From positions 1 through 64,000 of the forward strand of contig JAAILG010001222.1 of the NCBI GenBank assembly GCA_012026655.1: a stretch of 64,000 nucleotides of DNA. The letters run 5' to 3'. Source of the stretch: Hydrolagus affinis (taxonomy: Eukaryota). Of this stretch, positions 48,946 through 62,559 are shown piece after piece. Below the pieces are notes generated by a model. It did no database searches. It was not told the DNA's origin and saw only the letters and a program-made list of their open reading frames with translations. The position numbers were made by a program, and so were the translations under genes. Position 1 is the first letter of the stretch; the number at the start of each line of letters is the position of its first letter.

Positions 48946-51239
48946 GTTTTCCTGCATTATGTTTCTTTCGATCGCAAGTGGAAACATCAACTACACAGGT
49001 GTGATGGAAGAATACAGCAATTGGTCAGGAAGAACATCAATCTTTAGAGTTAGGGCAGATGCTGCATCACAGTCACTGGCCAGATGTCCTGTACACAACT
49101 CCACACTTTCATCTTTGTGGATTATCCTTGCTTACTTACTCCCAAACACTGAGAATTATATATAAATCAACTGTATGTTTTTTGGACTGTGTCCCAGACT
49201 GAGTTTTGGGAGTTGAAACCCTCACTTGGTGTCATTGAAAGGCTACGATTGTGTGTTTATTTTATGACAAAATTGGGTAGTGCGTATGTTTGTGTGCGTG
49301 TAATTGAGGCAGTATAGAGGTCTCGGTGATAACGTGAATATAGGCTGGTGCATATCTGATCTATTGGGACTTTAGTGCAGGGAAAGCTTATGAAAGGTAG
49401 ATTTAATGTGCTCGTTCTTTACTTACACAGCATTGACAGTCTACTGCTAGATATTAATCTGAGACGCTGGCAGAGTAGTGCAGAGAAATAAGGATATGTT
49501 CAGTTTGCGGTGCTACAATAGTACGAGGATATATGTTTGCCTCCAATGATAAAATAGTAACGGGTAAGAATCTGATCCTCTAATAGTTGAATGGTGACAA
49601 TGTGTCTCAGCTTGTAACAGTATGAACCATTTATCTGCAAAATATAGTGTGGCTTTTACCATCTTTGTCAATAGGTCTTCTTAGCTTCAAATTTTGGATG
49701 CAGATTATTTTAAGATGATTTAAGTGTCAGTCTTTCCAAATGCAAAAGCCCAAATATATCCGAACTTCCGCGGTCGACACTTGCCCTAATGATAATAAAA
49801 TCCTTTTAGGCTGGCATCAATGCGAAGGTCCCACAGTGGTTCCTCATCAAAGGAAATGAATATGAATGATCTTATGTGGTGTGCTGTCTTTGTGCCAGGA
49901 CATTTCCCATAAGACAGTGCATGTGCAGAAATCGAGCCTGTCCTTCACAGCAGCCATGCTAATAGAAATGAATGGGTCATTTGGCATTGGAGAACAAGTA
50001 ACTTAGCATTTGCACTGAACAATTCTTGCCAGACTGTGCATATTGAAGGGGCAGACAGGAGCTCCTTTCAACAGTGATTAATGGGTTTTTCAAGTGTACT
50101 GCTCCCTAGTTATGAGGAGGGTGACCTGGTCAGAGGACGACTTTATGAAGACATAAAAAATGTATGTCAGGCCTGACTTTCTAATGTCACACGAAACAGT
50201 AAAAATGGCAGGGTAATAAGGTGGTTTTCTTTGCTCTAAATAGCTTTGCGACTACAATTTCGCACTCCTGTGCTTATCTGACAATCGCATCTACAGAGGA
50301 CCATTTTGCTGCTTTTCCTTTTAATGGCTTTGGAAAGCTCACCTTTCCAACTGAATGCGCTGCTTTTTGTCACCCTGACTTTACATTTCTACTTTAACCT
50401 TTGAATATTCTTTTTATGTATGGAAGCGTAGAGCTTCAAATATGTCTGCGAAAGGCGAGGAACAAAACAATATTGTGCAATATGTTTTGCGATTCTTCGT
50501 TTTTGATCTCCTCCTAAACCAGAATAAAATAATCATACATAGAATTTTTAAATAGGTATGTAGCCAGTAGCAGTAAGGCTCCTGTGCCTTTCGTTGTGTT
50601 AAAATTAAAGTATGAAAATTCTATAGAGGCACAACTGACACTTACAGTGATATGACCTGATAGTAAAAGGGATAAGGGAACGTGGAAAGAGGAGCATTTT
50701 ATTTATTCATGAGAGTAATTAGGTTGACTCTCTAACAAGTAGACTTGTATGCTTCCAGAGACCTCTCAGACCAGAAGCTCGTTGTAATGTTTTATTGAAG
50801 CACAGAATACTCCAATTCCAAAGCTAATTTTCTTACAGAACAGTTTGATGCCAAAAAACTTGCATTATTCTGTAACCTTTCACTGATCCACCTAAAAACA
50901 TGAGTTAACCATAGGTTGTGCGCTTTGCATTGGGCAGCTCTTTCTAAGAGAATCCCTGATGTTTAGAGGATATAATGTGGAGACGAGGGAAAAAAAAATT
51001 ATATTTTCATTTGTGTTTCATGACTTAGAATAATATATGATACAATTTACATTTATATAGTGCCTTTCACATTGGAAGGACGTGTACAATATATAGTTAT
51101 ATATATATTATGTGTGTATATATAATACATATACATGTACTATTAGAATAAGGCCGAATTTAAAGTTTTCCTGATGCCGATGTGAGGGAACTCTACCCTC
51201 GTCTTTTTTAAGGAATCTTGTAGATTAGACCCCACCTGC

Positions 51240-51432
51240 TTTCCATTGCTCAAAACATTTCATCGGTTTTACTGTGAAGTGTAATGACTGTGTATTTTGT
51301 AAGGTTATGTAAAGCCCTCTGAGACGCCGTCCGGGCGTGGAGGGCGCTATATAAATCGAAGTTGTTGTTGATATGTAGCAGCCACAGAACAAAGCACTAT
51401 GACAAACAGCCATGCAGTGAATGACCATTTTT
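51240..51432 (-). mobile_element. DeuSINE fragment interrupted by a 60-bp L2 tail
   Basis: tttactgtgaagtgtaatgactgtgtattttgt [insert] gcagcca..acaaacagccatgcagtgaatgacca. Confidence 0.7.
51312..51371 (+). mobile_element. 60-bp L2 3' terminal insertion with 6-bp TSD
   Basis: aagccctctgagacgccgtccgggcgtggagggcgctatataaatcgaagttgttgttg, near-identical to the end of the 48613 insertion; TATGTA at 51306-51311 and 51372-51377. Confidence 0.88.
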
Positions 51433-54400
51433 ACTTCAATACGTGTACAATCTTGAACACGATTAAAAAAAAAGTACTCATGTGTCTAAACCTTTGCATT
51501 GTGCTTTTGAATTGTAGCAAGGAGCCAGCTCCTTGTACTTACAGTAATGCCTGATCTTGACTACCTTTTCTGAGGCTCCCTTTCAAATAAACTCTTGCCT
51601 ACACCACTTTGGTTAGAATATCAGGCCTGACCTTTCCTCCTGCTCCATTGTTAATCTGTGGCTTTATTACCCACTTACTTTTGTATCACCCAGGTCGGAT
51701 CGCCTTTCGATACCTATCCTGAAGCTTCCTTCTGCACTGAATTTCTTATAGCAAAGCCAAACGCTAGTACAGGATCTAACAGCCCATTTTTGGACTGTAA
51801 GTACAGGTTAATGGAACTGCATGTTGGTGATGTGCCACAGAATACCAGATAACTGGCTTTCTATCCCACCCAGTCATCTTGGCTACTGCTTATAATCAAA
51901 GTGTCAAACCCCAGTTATTTTGGAGAAGCCAGTATATTTATGTGCTCTGCATCTCGTATCGTTTTAATATACTTTCTGAGATAATGGTCATATTTTCTTT
52001 CAAGCTACAAAAGAAAATCTTGATTAAGGTTTTTTGGCTGTGACACCAATCCTGGCTTCTGTTCCATGGCATGTTACGCAGACACTCAATTGTGCAGTGT
52101 GATCCTTAATGTTGTATTGTACTCCCTAAAGTGATGAATTAGATAGATCAATGACTGTTATAACAAAGGACAAAAGAATAAAGAAGTAGGAAGGAAGAAG
52201 CAAAAAGGATTTGATGAGGACGAGGAAATAAAAAAGGGAAATGGACTTTAAATCTGCTTACTGCAAACTAAACACTGCACCACTAACGCTTATAATATAT
52301 ATTAGTCTAAATGTTCTGCTCACCACCACAGAGTTCTGAACTTCTCATTTATAACGTTATTTCTGTGTTTGCTTTTGCCAGATAGAACTGCCAGCATCAG
52401 TCATTCACATGGCCTAAGAGTTATCATTGAGCAAACAGAGACTTAATACTTAATATCTCCTGTGGTAGTCTTCCCTTTTAATATCTGCCTGCTGTTCACT
52501 CTAAGGGTATCTAGAACAAAACTTTGCAAAGCACTTATCCTAACTCAATTTGTCTTTGTTCTGTTAGAACAACCTGTTTAGTTTTCTGGCAATCCTTAAT
52601 TCAGATGCAACGGAACCTTTGGTAGATTCAAGGTCCTAAGAAATCTCAGAGGTATAACAGCAGAAGATCTGCTATTTCTTAGCAGTATAACTGAAAGCTT
52701 TTGACCCCCAAAGTAATCTATTTTGCTAGAGGTTCATCACAATGCTAAGTGTAGTGAATTCAAATGATACGTGCTTATGGGAAGAGACATGTGAGTATCA
52801 TCATTAACAGCTGGAGACAATCCCTTAAGCAGGTTGGAGTGAGATTCAATTTGGGTTAATATTTTGCGAATGTGCAATGAAGACAATCTACTGAGTTATG
52901 AGCTTACCATGCCTTACAATACACTTGGCGAGTACATTAAATCAATCACGAAAAGAAAGTACGAGAATACCTGATGGGATTTGTAAACCTGCCAATTCTT
53001 ACTATTTTATTGTTGGACGCCCCGTTTCTCTGTTTTCACTCCTTAAAAATAATTACACCTTTCTGTATTTCAATAAAGTTATAGCATGAATGTCTCCTTG
53101 CGCTTATAAAGCCTCACTCCCAACTAAAGAGCCAAGGGTGGCAGCTATAGGTTTGTTGACTTAAATACCAAGTTCATTCTAGGGTCAAGCACTTATGGAA
53201 TTGGTTCATTGAACATTAAGGATGTCTAAATCTCCAGGCCAGAAACTAGAGCTAATTTAAATTTAGATGGTTGAATTGGACCAGATCAAAGCTAAGAATT
53301 GCTCAGTTCTCACTCAGATTATGTTTGAATGGCAATTATTCACTCCTTAACCTCTAGCTGTAAACTTGCGTTGATTATGTCCGTATGCAGTGCATCAGTT
53401 AGCAACATAGCACTCATGCTGAGAACTGCAGTTCAGAAATACTTTTTCCAATTCTCGTACTTGTTGTTGGTGTGATTATGAGACTTAAAAAGTAAAATAG
53501 AGGCTGGACTTGGATCCCCATACACGCATGCTCGCTTGCTTTGGTCTATGGGATAGTACAACGTAAACCTGGTTTCAAGGAAAAGGTGATGCACTTGTTT
53601 GATAAATGTCAATGTGCAAATTTTTCAGGAGCAATGCAGTCAGCACTTTGTCCTGTGTGTTCCAGGAGCAGTCTGGTTCTGGATATTCCAAGCTGAGAAA
53701 AAGTGCATGAAGTGGATGCATCAATGTTCAACTTTTAATCCACACTGAGGAAACAAGCAGATGTCCAACTCCAACCCCCAACACCGATACCACCAGTGCC
53801 CACACAGGGTGATCGGGTGCTGAGCTGCTCACTCACACCTCCTGGCCCTGGGAGCACGCTAGCCATCTGCTCTTGGCTTCAGGTGATGTGTGGCCACACG
53901 AACTACAAAGAAAATCCACACTTTTTCAGCCTCGCTAATGGCAAGGTTTAAAAAAAATTCCGACAGTGGTGAAGGCATCTGAGAGCACGGGTGCAACACA
54001 ATTTACAATCAATTCCTCCACCTTCAATGGATGAACCACTGACTATTATTTTAAAAAAGTTGCTTGATAAAATCCTACAACACGCTGGGATTTCTGATCC
54101 AGGTTTAGAAGTTCATGCAAGGCTGGTGGAGACGAGATCCAAAGTGAATTGAGAGGCTGATTTGAACTATTTACTCACAAACAGCTGAATCTAATCCAGT
54201 TGGGACACAGTTTGAATTGAATTTGCTTCTCCATTTAAGCATAATAGTTGGACGTATGTACTCAACTGGGACTCAATTTTCAAGCAGGCGAGAAAAAATT
54301 GCTTCCACTGGCAGTAACCTTATGTACATCTTTGCTCTGAACAGAGTGAAGGATACTGCTGTCTGTCTTCCAGTCTTGTCTGTTTCACGAGGATCAGCAA

Positions 54401-55499
54401 CAGGGATATAGCTCTGTACCTCAGGGATGGTCTGTTTCACAAAAGGCCAGATTAGGTGTTGTTCCAAGCCGACACCTGATTCTTACCTTTTGGTCTCCAT
54501 TGCTATCAGTTTTGATACAATTTTGATACCACTGCTGGCCCACCTTCATTGTGGTTTAACCGCATCCATTATTACGGGCAGCACTCTGCCTGACAAATAG
54601 GGCAGAACTCATGCCAGTTGAGGTCATTAAAATGCCATGTGAAGCACATTGTAAGACAGTTAGCTCACAGCTGGCCACTATACCAGCAAATACAGTGAGT
54701 TGAGTGGACAGCTCACATATCAAAATAATTTTTTTTATTTGCTCGGAGACACTATTTTACGTGAAGGGTGTTATATCAATACAACATGCTGTTGGAGAAT
54801 GGATAGGAGCATTTTATGATTCTTTATTCCACAAATAAACCCTCTGTTGTCCACTCAACATTAAGGTTTAACCCAAATCCTACTGAATAAGAATGATGCT
54901 AATAATACTCTCAGGAATATTCAGTGCGTAATCCACTTGATTTACTGCACTGCCTCACTCGAGCTGTTGTTTCTAAAATCGGTAGTCTGCTACCAATGGC
55001 AGTAGAACACAGGGCTTGCAAATTGATGGTCACATATCTGAGTCCCAGAGGATAACTTGTCACTCCAGGCTGCTTGTCATAGTTGGGAGCAATCTTAACA
55101 TCTTAATGTCACCACTATAGTGCCAATTAGAATGTCTTGCAATGTGAAGGGTGGCTGATTGCATGTTGGAGGACGGTTAGGAATTGGACCACTTTAACCG
55201 ATGCACCCCATGATGTAACATTATTCAACTCACCCCTCACCCCCTGCTCAATCTTTTGAAGAAGACTACTTTGCTAAGTAAAGGATAGATCAGGTGGAAA
55301 ATTAAACACACAGAACCAAACATGAAAGATGCCATCCCAACCATGTCTGCAGTTGAAAAGAAGTGAATGGCACAGCAGAACAACGGCACAAATGCGCACA
55401 GAAAGGGTTAAAAGTTTGGAAAAATGTGAAGGCTGTAGATTTCTGTTCCAAGAGTCTAATCAATCATTGGCTTTCATGAGCTGCTGAGATTTAAAAACA

Positions 55500-55790
55500 G
55501 CTGTAATCTGCGGTCATTGTCGAAGGAGTAGATTGTTTGCCAAACTATTACCATAACTGTCAGCCGAAATCAGAAAAATAATCTCATCTCACTGGACAGA
55601 TGCGTTTCCTGCATTATTGATACGGCCAGCTCGAGGTAATAGAGAAATATAAAGCACAGTTCTATTTACAAAACGAGATTGTCTGAGTCCTTGAGAGTCT
55701 GTGAGGGGACAGGCAGTGACAGGAAGTGAGACATATTCATCTCAGAAATTTCCTGCGAGGTCACGTGACCCCAGAAGTCCACTCATGCAG
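55500..55790. promoter_or_regulatory. Candidate enhancer with palindromic E-box and ETS sites
   Basis: GGTCACGTGACC at 55759-55770, ACAGGAAGTG near 55719-55728, TTTCCTG x2, CTATTTACAA (MEF2-like); repeat-free. Confidence 0.35.
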
Positions 55791-56607
55791 TTTTTTTTTA
55801 AGCAATTTACCGCATATTGAGTCCGGTTTTTAATCTTTTCTCCCCCCTACAAATAAAGTGCCTCTTCATCAGGGGTAAACCAGGTGCACTACTTACAATT
55901 ATTGTCTGACGATATTTGGGTCGGCAGCACAATGTACAGTTGAACCCTCAGAATGTTCCAACAAAGCATGTGCTGTAACCTATTATGGCCTGTTAATTAA
56001 CTACAACCAATAGCTACCAGTGAACAAGTGTTTGCACCTCCTGCAGACATACTATTGCGGATTAAACAACTCTTTTCCAATAACTGATAAGAACGATATC
56101 TCCCAAATGTTCTGCACACCCTTTCATCCCCTTGGGGCCACTGTCAAAAATGTGTTGATGCCTCCAACCTTACTGGGAGTTTATCTGGCACACCATACAT
56201 TGACCTCACAGGGAACTCACACTTTCTGGAGTGTTGAGAGCATTAGCATTATGTAGACTGTCATTATCAGGGGCTTAAATAAAACCCAAATGTTAGCTTG
56301 TTTAAACTAAAGGTTTGAAATGACATCAAAAGATCTATTTAAACATTTTGTCAGAGATGTAGAAGAAGCCAATTGCTGGTGCATTGTAATAGCAGACTTA
56401 ACTTTTATTTGGCCAATTGGTTTATTGCATCTTTCTTAGGGCATTGAAATAGAAGCTACAACCACATATTTGTGGTACAGGCATTTTATCATTAAAGGTC
56501 ATCCTATGCCTTGGCCTATTTTGTTTTTCTCCTTAACTCTTTTCAGGCCTGATGTTCCACCTAATTGAAACTAGCAGACCATCATGCATTAAAATGGAAG
56601 ATAATTA

Positions 56608-56865
56608 ATAATAATCCTTTTATTTGTGGTTGCACCTCGGGAGGAGATCGTAAAACAATTCACAGGATATACTGATTTTGTGGGGAAACGTGACAACCAA
56701 TTTGCACGCAGCAAATATCTTACAAACAACCATGAAATAAATGGGTAATTTCATCTGGGGGATTGTTGGCTATGACACTGGGAGAATCTCCATCTCTTTT
56801 CGTTTAACATCTCAGTTGAAGTATGGCACTTCTGACAAAACTTTGCACTGCCCTTGAGTGTCATC
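56608..56865 (-). mobile_element. Older long DeuSINE (SacSINE1-like), internally deleted, followed by another SINE tail (56876-56925)
   Basis: aataataatcctt..ttcacaggatatactg..ccaatttgcacgcagca..ttggctatgacactgggagaatctcc..gtttaacatctca..ggcacttctgaca. Confidence 0.75.
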
Positions 56866-56999
56866 TTAAACTGTAAATAATAATAATCCTTGCATTTGAT
56901 ATGCAAAGTCCTAATGAGGACTTGAATACACAAGGTTCTAACTCAGAGGCAAGAATGCTATGAACTGATCCAGGCTGACACCTTAATGGAAGAAACTGA

Positions 57000-57905
57000 G
57001 TATAAATGGAATATGCAAAACATCCAGGTAGCAAAAGTATTAGAATCATGAGGCGAAAATGACAGTAGAACAACAGCATTCAATCTAAATTAGGAAATCC
57101 TGCCACAGGGTACCCAAACCCTAATGTACCGCCTTAAGTAGGCACATTTCAGAGTTGATAAGCAACAAGGTTAGGAACATAAATTGCAGGGCTTCACTCA
57201 AGGTTAACTGTGTCAAAGATGAATGGTCAACCACCAAAATTGTTATGCAAGAGGAAAGTACATACCGAGTTCAGCGGGAGCTATTTAAACATAAATGTTC
57301 CGAAATGGATTAACAGGAAAATTAAATGTGTCAAATATGAATGGTCATCCTCCAAGGGAGCTTGAGATTAAGGGAAAAAGTATGATTTACAACTCATGTA
57401 GGAAGAGGGCAGTCATCGGTTTTGAACACAATTATTATACAGAAGCAAGTTCATAACAGAATGGATGCCAATAGAGAACTGGAAAATGAAAGAGCAGCAA
57501 AATACCACTGCCAAAACAATGATCCCAATACTATAATAGCAAAAGGATAGTCAAAGCGGACGTTAAAACCCCATGGGACTTGAAGAGAGTTGGAAATAAA
57601 GCAGAATAGGAAATACATATAAATATACTCCTTCTTGGAGGGTTTTAACATGGGAAGACTTTAACTCTTTGCTGCTCAATGTCAAGTGTTCTCTAGGACT
57701 ATGGCTAGTGAAACAGTGGTGCTCAAAAAGCTGAAGTCAATACATCACTCTAGAATAGATGGATGAAATATATTCTCAAAGTACTGAGACGAACAAAGAA
57801 GGAGATTAGTGAAGCCCCTGGAATCATTTTGAGGATGTCATTGAACATTGTGGTGGGTTGACTGGAAGTAAGTCCAGTCAGTCTACCATTTCCAAAAAGG
57901 ATGAG
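57000..57905 (+). mobile_element. Decayed CR1 ORF2 (tether / RT N-terminal region)
   Basis: 57730-57900 translates with stops and frameshifts to KLKS..S...DG...KVLRRTKKEISEAP.II..MSL....DWK.....P..KK, matching CR1 LKxxKSPGPDGIHPRVLKExxxEIxEPLxIIFxxSLxxGxVPxDWKxAxVxPIFKKG; an upstream EKYIP-like motif lies near 57254. Confidence 0.65.
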
Positions 57906-58740
57906 GCAATAATAACACCAATCAACCAGATCTCAACAATAGTCTTCCGTTAAGCTACAAATTTCTTTGGTTCTCAAAAGGAAATTGTGTTTTCCCGTTC
58001 TTTAAGTGCTTCTGATATTTTACCATGTCTTTGGCTCTCAGTGATTCCTTTAAAGGCTTGTGGCATACTCCAGGTCTATCTGTTTTTAATATGTTAATGT
58101 AAAACAGTAGAGTGCCGAAAGATTAAGACCTTGTCAGTTTAATTTTGCTTTCACAATGCATCTCAAGCATTGTGGGGGGGTGGGAAGCCTCAGCTATCTT
58201 CTTATACTTTAGTAAAATCCATGCATTGCTTTATTGTTGTCCATTGGTGCAACCTGATGTTTGACTGGAAGACATATTCAGCAGGCAAGTGAAATAGTTT
58301 AATGGAAAGAGTTCTTCCTGAGGTTGCCGCTTCAGTACATTTCATTCATACATAAAATAGAATAGTGTTTTTCACTTGCTGACCCATTGCTGGACTTTTG
58401 AGGCCTTTTCTCAGCCCGGAAACATAACAAAAATAAAACTTCAACCAAAATGGCTAACTAGAGGAAAAATAAACAAACAACAAGGGAGCTTGACCACCTT
58501 GTATTTCGCTTTAGAATAATAGACAGGGCGGCTCTCACACATAAACAGTGTTTAAGTGCATCTTCAGCTCAGTATTGGAAAAGTGCTTCAAGGGGAGAAT
58601 TGGGGAGAGGTGGATGGGGAATACAATGAAAGTCTAACGATAAATGCAAAAGAAAGGAAAAATATGTATCTTATAATGCAATTTTGAATTGCACTTTAAC
58701 GCAGTTTCTTTTAGGTGAGAAATCCACGTCCCTTATAAAA

Positions 58741-59015
58741 GTTGGAGTCCTGTAGCTCAGTGGCCTTACAAACGAGATACCTTGGTTCAATATTATGCAG
58801 GGCAAAACCTTGGGCAAGTTTCCTTACTCCACACACCTAATAATAATCCCTCCAAAAATCAATAATAAATTGGTAATTTCAATCCACAATTGGCTGCCAC
58901 GTTTCGTCCACAAATAAACAGTCAATTCAATTTACAGTATATTCTGTGAAACGCTTTGAGACGTTTAGAAGATGTGAAAAGCTTTATATCAAATGCAAGG
59001 ATTATCATTATTATT
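58741..59015 (+). mobile_element. Young tRNA-derived Deu-type SINE with two internal deletions
   Basis: ggagtcctgtagctcagtgg|ccttacaa (D-arm 3' side lost) and aatccac|aattggctgcc (part of Deu core lost); intact tail caaatgcaaggattatcattattatt. Confidence 0.92.
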
Positions 59016-60354
59016 GCCAAATATGTGCTGGAAAAAATGTGTATATATCATTAAAAAAAAGTCACAAAATGTTGATCCTGTTCAATACTATATTGATATT
59101 GCAAAACACAAATAAGCTACATGACCATGTTACAACTGTAAAGGATCTGTGAAGTCACATGCACTGAACAGTACTTGGGACACATACTTTCCTTTCTTTC
59201 CTTCTGTCTATTTTGCCAAAGTGCTAAGTGATGTCTACCCACAGATATTAACAGTGTGAAAGGATTGGAAAGCCCTATTTCGATCCATCTTGCATATTCC
59301 AAGCTGTCACTTTGTTTATACATAATTTGCTACCAGATGAATCATTAAGCCTTGCCAATGTGTTAAAAATCATTATAAATAATTTTCAAAATCTATTTCC
59401 AGAAAATAAAAAAGTAATAAAATAATTTAGCCGGGAGAGAATGTCATTATTCATTTTCTTTCTACAGGAAGGGTGAATTGAACTGTCATTAGCTTAAGGG
59501 GTGGGGTCCGCAAGATTGCCTCTTCGTTTGTTGATGGATGAAAACAATATTTTAAGGCATTAACAGAATCCGAAAAACAAATGCCTTGATAAGAATAAGT
59601 AGTTTTTGGGATCTCGAAAGCTCAGATAAGTAGAATATGTTTGATGTACATTTAGAGTCCATACTACATACAGAATTTTCTTTGAGTTTCTTTGGTTCTG
59701 AATCAGCAAGCTATATGACAATAGTAATTTATGTGATTCATCATTTCCTTTTCTGTGTGATACAGAATTATAAAGTCATAATAACTTACATCAATGATTT
59801 TGATAAAAAATTTAGTTTTTTCAAAAAATGTTGACTGTCTGAATAATCGATTGAATATGTCTCAGGGATTAGCAGCCCCGGGAATAATTATCAATCATGG
59901 AATAAATTATCCAGTTTATTCTTCTCTTGGTATGGTGTTACTAAAAACATAATTATACACGATGTTGCAAGACCGAAGGGAAAAACCAAATCTGTTTCTA
60001 AAGATTACAGGAAGACTGATGTAGAAATCCTGATTACTAAAAGCCCCCATTATTGTCTTGGGTGCTCTCTGATTTTTGTAACATATCAGAAATGGTTCTC
60101 TTCAACACCTTGATGTGAAGTTTTTTTTCCCCAAAGTGTTCAAGATATAAAATGCTCCTTCATCCTGCTAATGGTCTTACTATTACTAAGACTAGATGTC
60201 ATAGCAAACTATATTAAGAAGAAGGGAAACACCTAGACATCCCATTCGGTATAGTTACCTAGAATCACTTTATTTGCATTGTGCATTTGCAGATGCCAGT
60301 AAAGGACAAGATCCACTAATGATTAATTCACATTGATTTGTGATTGATTCAGAA

Positions 60355-60540
60355 GATCACAGGAGAGGTTTGGATGAAAAAGGCCTTCTGGCCCATTTGA
60401 TCTCATTCTTCCAGAGTGCTTACCCAATCTTCTTCCCATCACAGTATCAAATTGTTTCTTATTTGTCCATTTGTCCATCCTTTCTGGTAACCAGTTCCAA
60501 TCGCTGATTATCCCCTGTGTGAAAGTTATTCTCTGTCACA
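60355..60540 (-). mobile_element. CR1 3' end fragment
   Basis: aaaaggccttctggcccatttgatctcattc..ccatcctttctggtaaccagttccaatcgctgattatcccctgtgtgaaa. Confidence 0.6.
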
Positions 60541-61602
60541 AGATTGGGTGGCGAGGGAGTGAGTGAGGAGGACGCTCAATTTGTGATCAACCTTTTGCAA
60601 CCCTCACCACAAACCTTGCAATCCGATAATCAGAAATCACAACAAAACAACTTACTATATAAATATATAGTGCCCTTCATGGGAGAAACCACAATTAATG
60701 CAACATATTCAGTCTGAGAGAACTGCATTTGGGATCCCATTGTTTCTTCAACCGCGCATTGTCCCCATGTTCAGAACAGTTGGGAAAATATACTATCATG
60801 TTGGGTTCAAGCACTACAAGAAAGTTAATACTGTGCATGAATTGATAAATGAAAATGTCAGGGCTCAATTTGCTAAGCAGGATGTGTGGATAAATTTGCA
60901 TTGGCACTTGGTGAGCTTTGGCGTGAAGCATTCTCTTACAACATCCAGCATATGGAAAGATAAGCAGTTACCACCCAGTATATCGCTTGAGTGCCATTTT
61001 TCTGTCGACACCAATGATTGATGCAAGGTTTATTCTGCAATGGTGGCTGGGATATGTGCCAGGCAGTCGACAGGCCAACATAAGCTTTTGGGTCAGGATG
61101 GACACATCTTAAGAGAAAGAGAGGGAGACCTTCTAGCCAGTCCACCTAATAAATGTAATAAATATTTTCAATTAAAAAGGTTGTTAAATTTTTCAAACAA
61201 GAATCAAACAAATAGCTAGTGTAAGCAGTTACAAGCAGTTGTAAGCAATTCCCTGAAAGAACTCTCACAAGATACCACAACTTTAAGTTTTTATGGTTAT
61301 TTTTCAATTGCTATTATTGATTTAAAATTTTTGCTCCACATTTGTAATGGTGATGTAAATTAATCATCAATGTTTAGGTGAGCCATAAACATATAAAAAT
61401 AGACATAAATACAGGATTAACAACTGATCCATTCAGCAACCCTTCCAATGTCTAGAAAGATTGCTTTGATACACTCATCACATCATCTACAAAGGAAGGA
61501 ATAGCCTTAAAGTCAGATCAAAGTCAATTATAACTTTTTAAATTTTAAAAATAAATTTGTGTTTGGTGCAGAAATTAACAATGTCAAACAGTGGGTTAAG
61601 AG

Positions 61603-61892
61603 GTGGAATATTCCTTACAAGTGAGAGACCTGGGTTTGATTCCAGGCAAGGCAAAACCTTAGACAAGTTTCCTTATTCCACATGCCTTATAATAATCCTT
61701 CAAGAAAAAAAAGCACAATAATGAATTGGTTACTTCAATCCACGAGTGTTTGTGGGACATTGCTGTGCACAATTGACTGCTGTTTTCATCCACAAATATA
61801 CTCCATTCACTTTATAGTGTATTATGCGAAATGCTTTGAAACGTCTGGAAGATGTGAAAAGCACTATATCAAATGCAAGGATGATTATTATT
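61603..61892 (+). mobile_element. Young tRNA-derived Deu-type SINE, A box deleted
   Basis: gtggaatatt|ccttacaagtgagagacctgggtttgattccaggcaagg..tttgtgggacattgctgtgcacaattgactgc..caaatgcaaggatgattattatt. Confidence 0.92.
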
Positions 61893-62559
61893 AATAATCC
61901 TGAATCTTATGAGTTTAAATACTAAACCGAATGCTATGTGAAGTTTTGCACAGTGGCATTGTTTTGGCATGTCAAATGTAAAATGCAAGGATTTGGTTTT
62001 CATGTCGATGTTCAACTCTCGACATAAAAGCAGCAAAAAGTGCAGCTGTTGAAACAACTACTGTACATTGTAGAATCAGCTCTCGTGTTATCAGCAATCT
62101 CTTTTTATAAGCCTGGTAAAATGCTCTGCACAAGTCAGGGTAACGTGATAAAAAAGAAAGAGTGTCTGGGGGAAGTAAAAGCACCAAACACAGTGTGACA
62201 AATATTTACAGGCACCAATAAGAGTAATAAAGTACTGAAGTTACAGTACCTTGGGGAGGGTGAAGGGTGGGGGTATAACAAGAAGTAGAAAATGCAAAGT
62301 TTGAAACATAGGGAAATAGATCTATATACAAAATGGTATGTAACTACAAACATCCACTTGAGGCTGTCAAATCATGCTATGCATAATTGTAAGCAAATTT
62401 GAACAACAACAACATTTATATAAATTGCATTTATATGGCCTCTTCCATGTCAGGAGGATGTCCCAAGGCATCTATTAGAAGAACGAATGGAGAAGTCCAA
62501 ACTCATTGCTATTTCTCCTGAGATTGTGTGCTTCTATCTATGCTTGATTTTTTTTCTTT

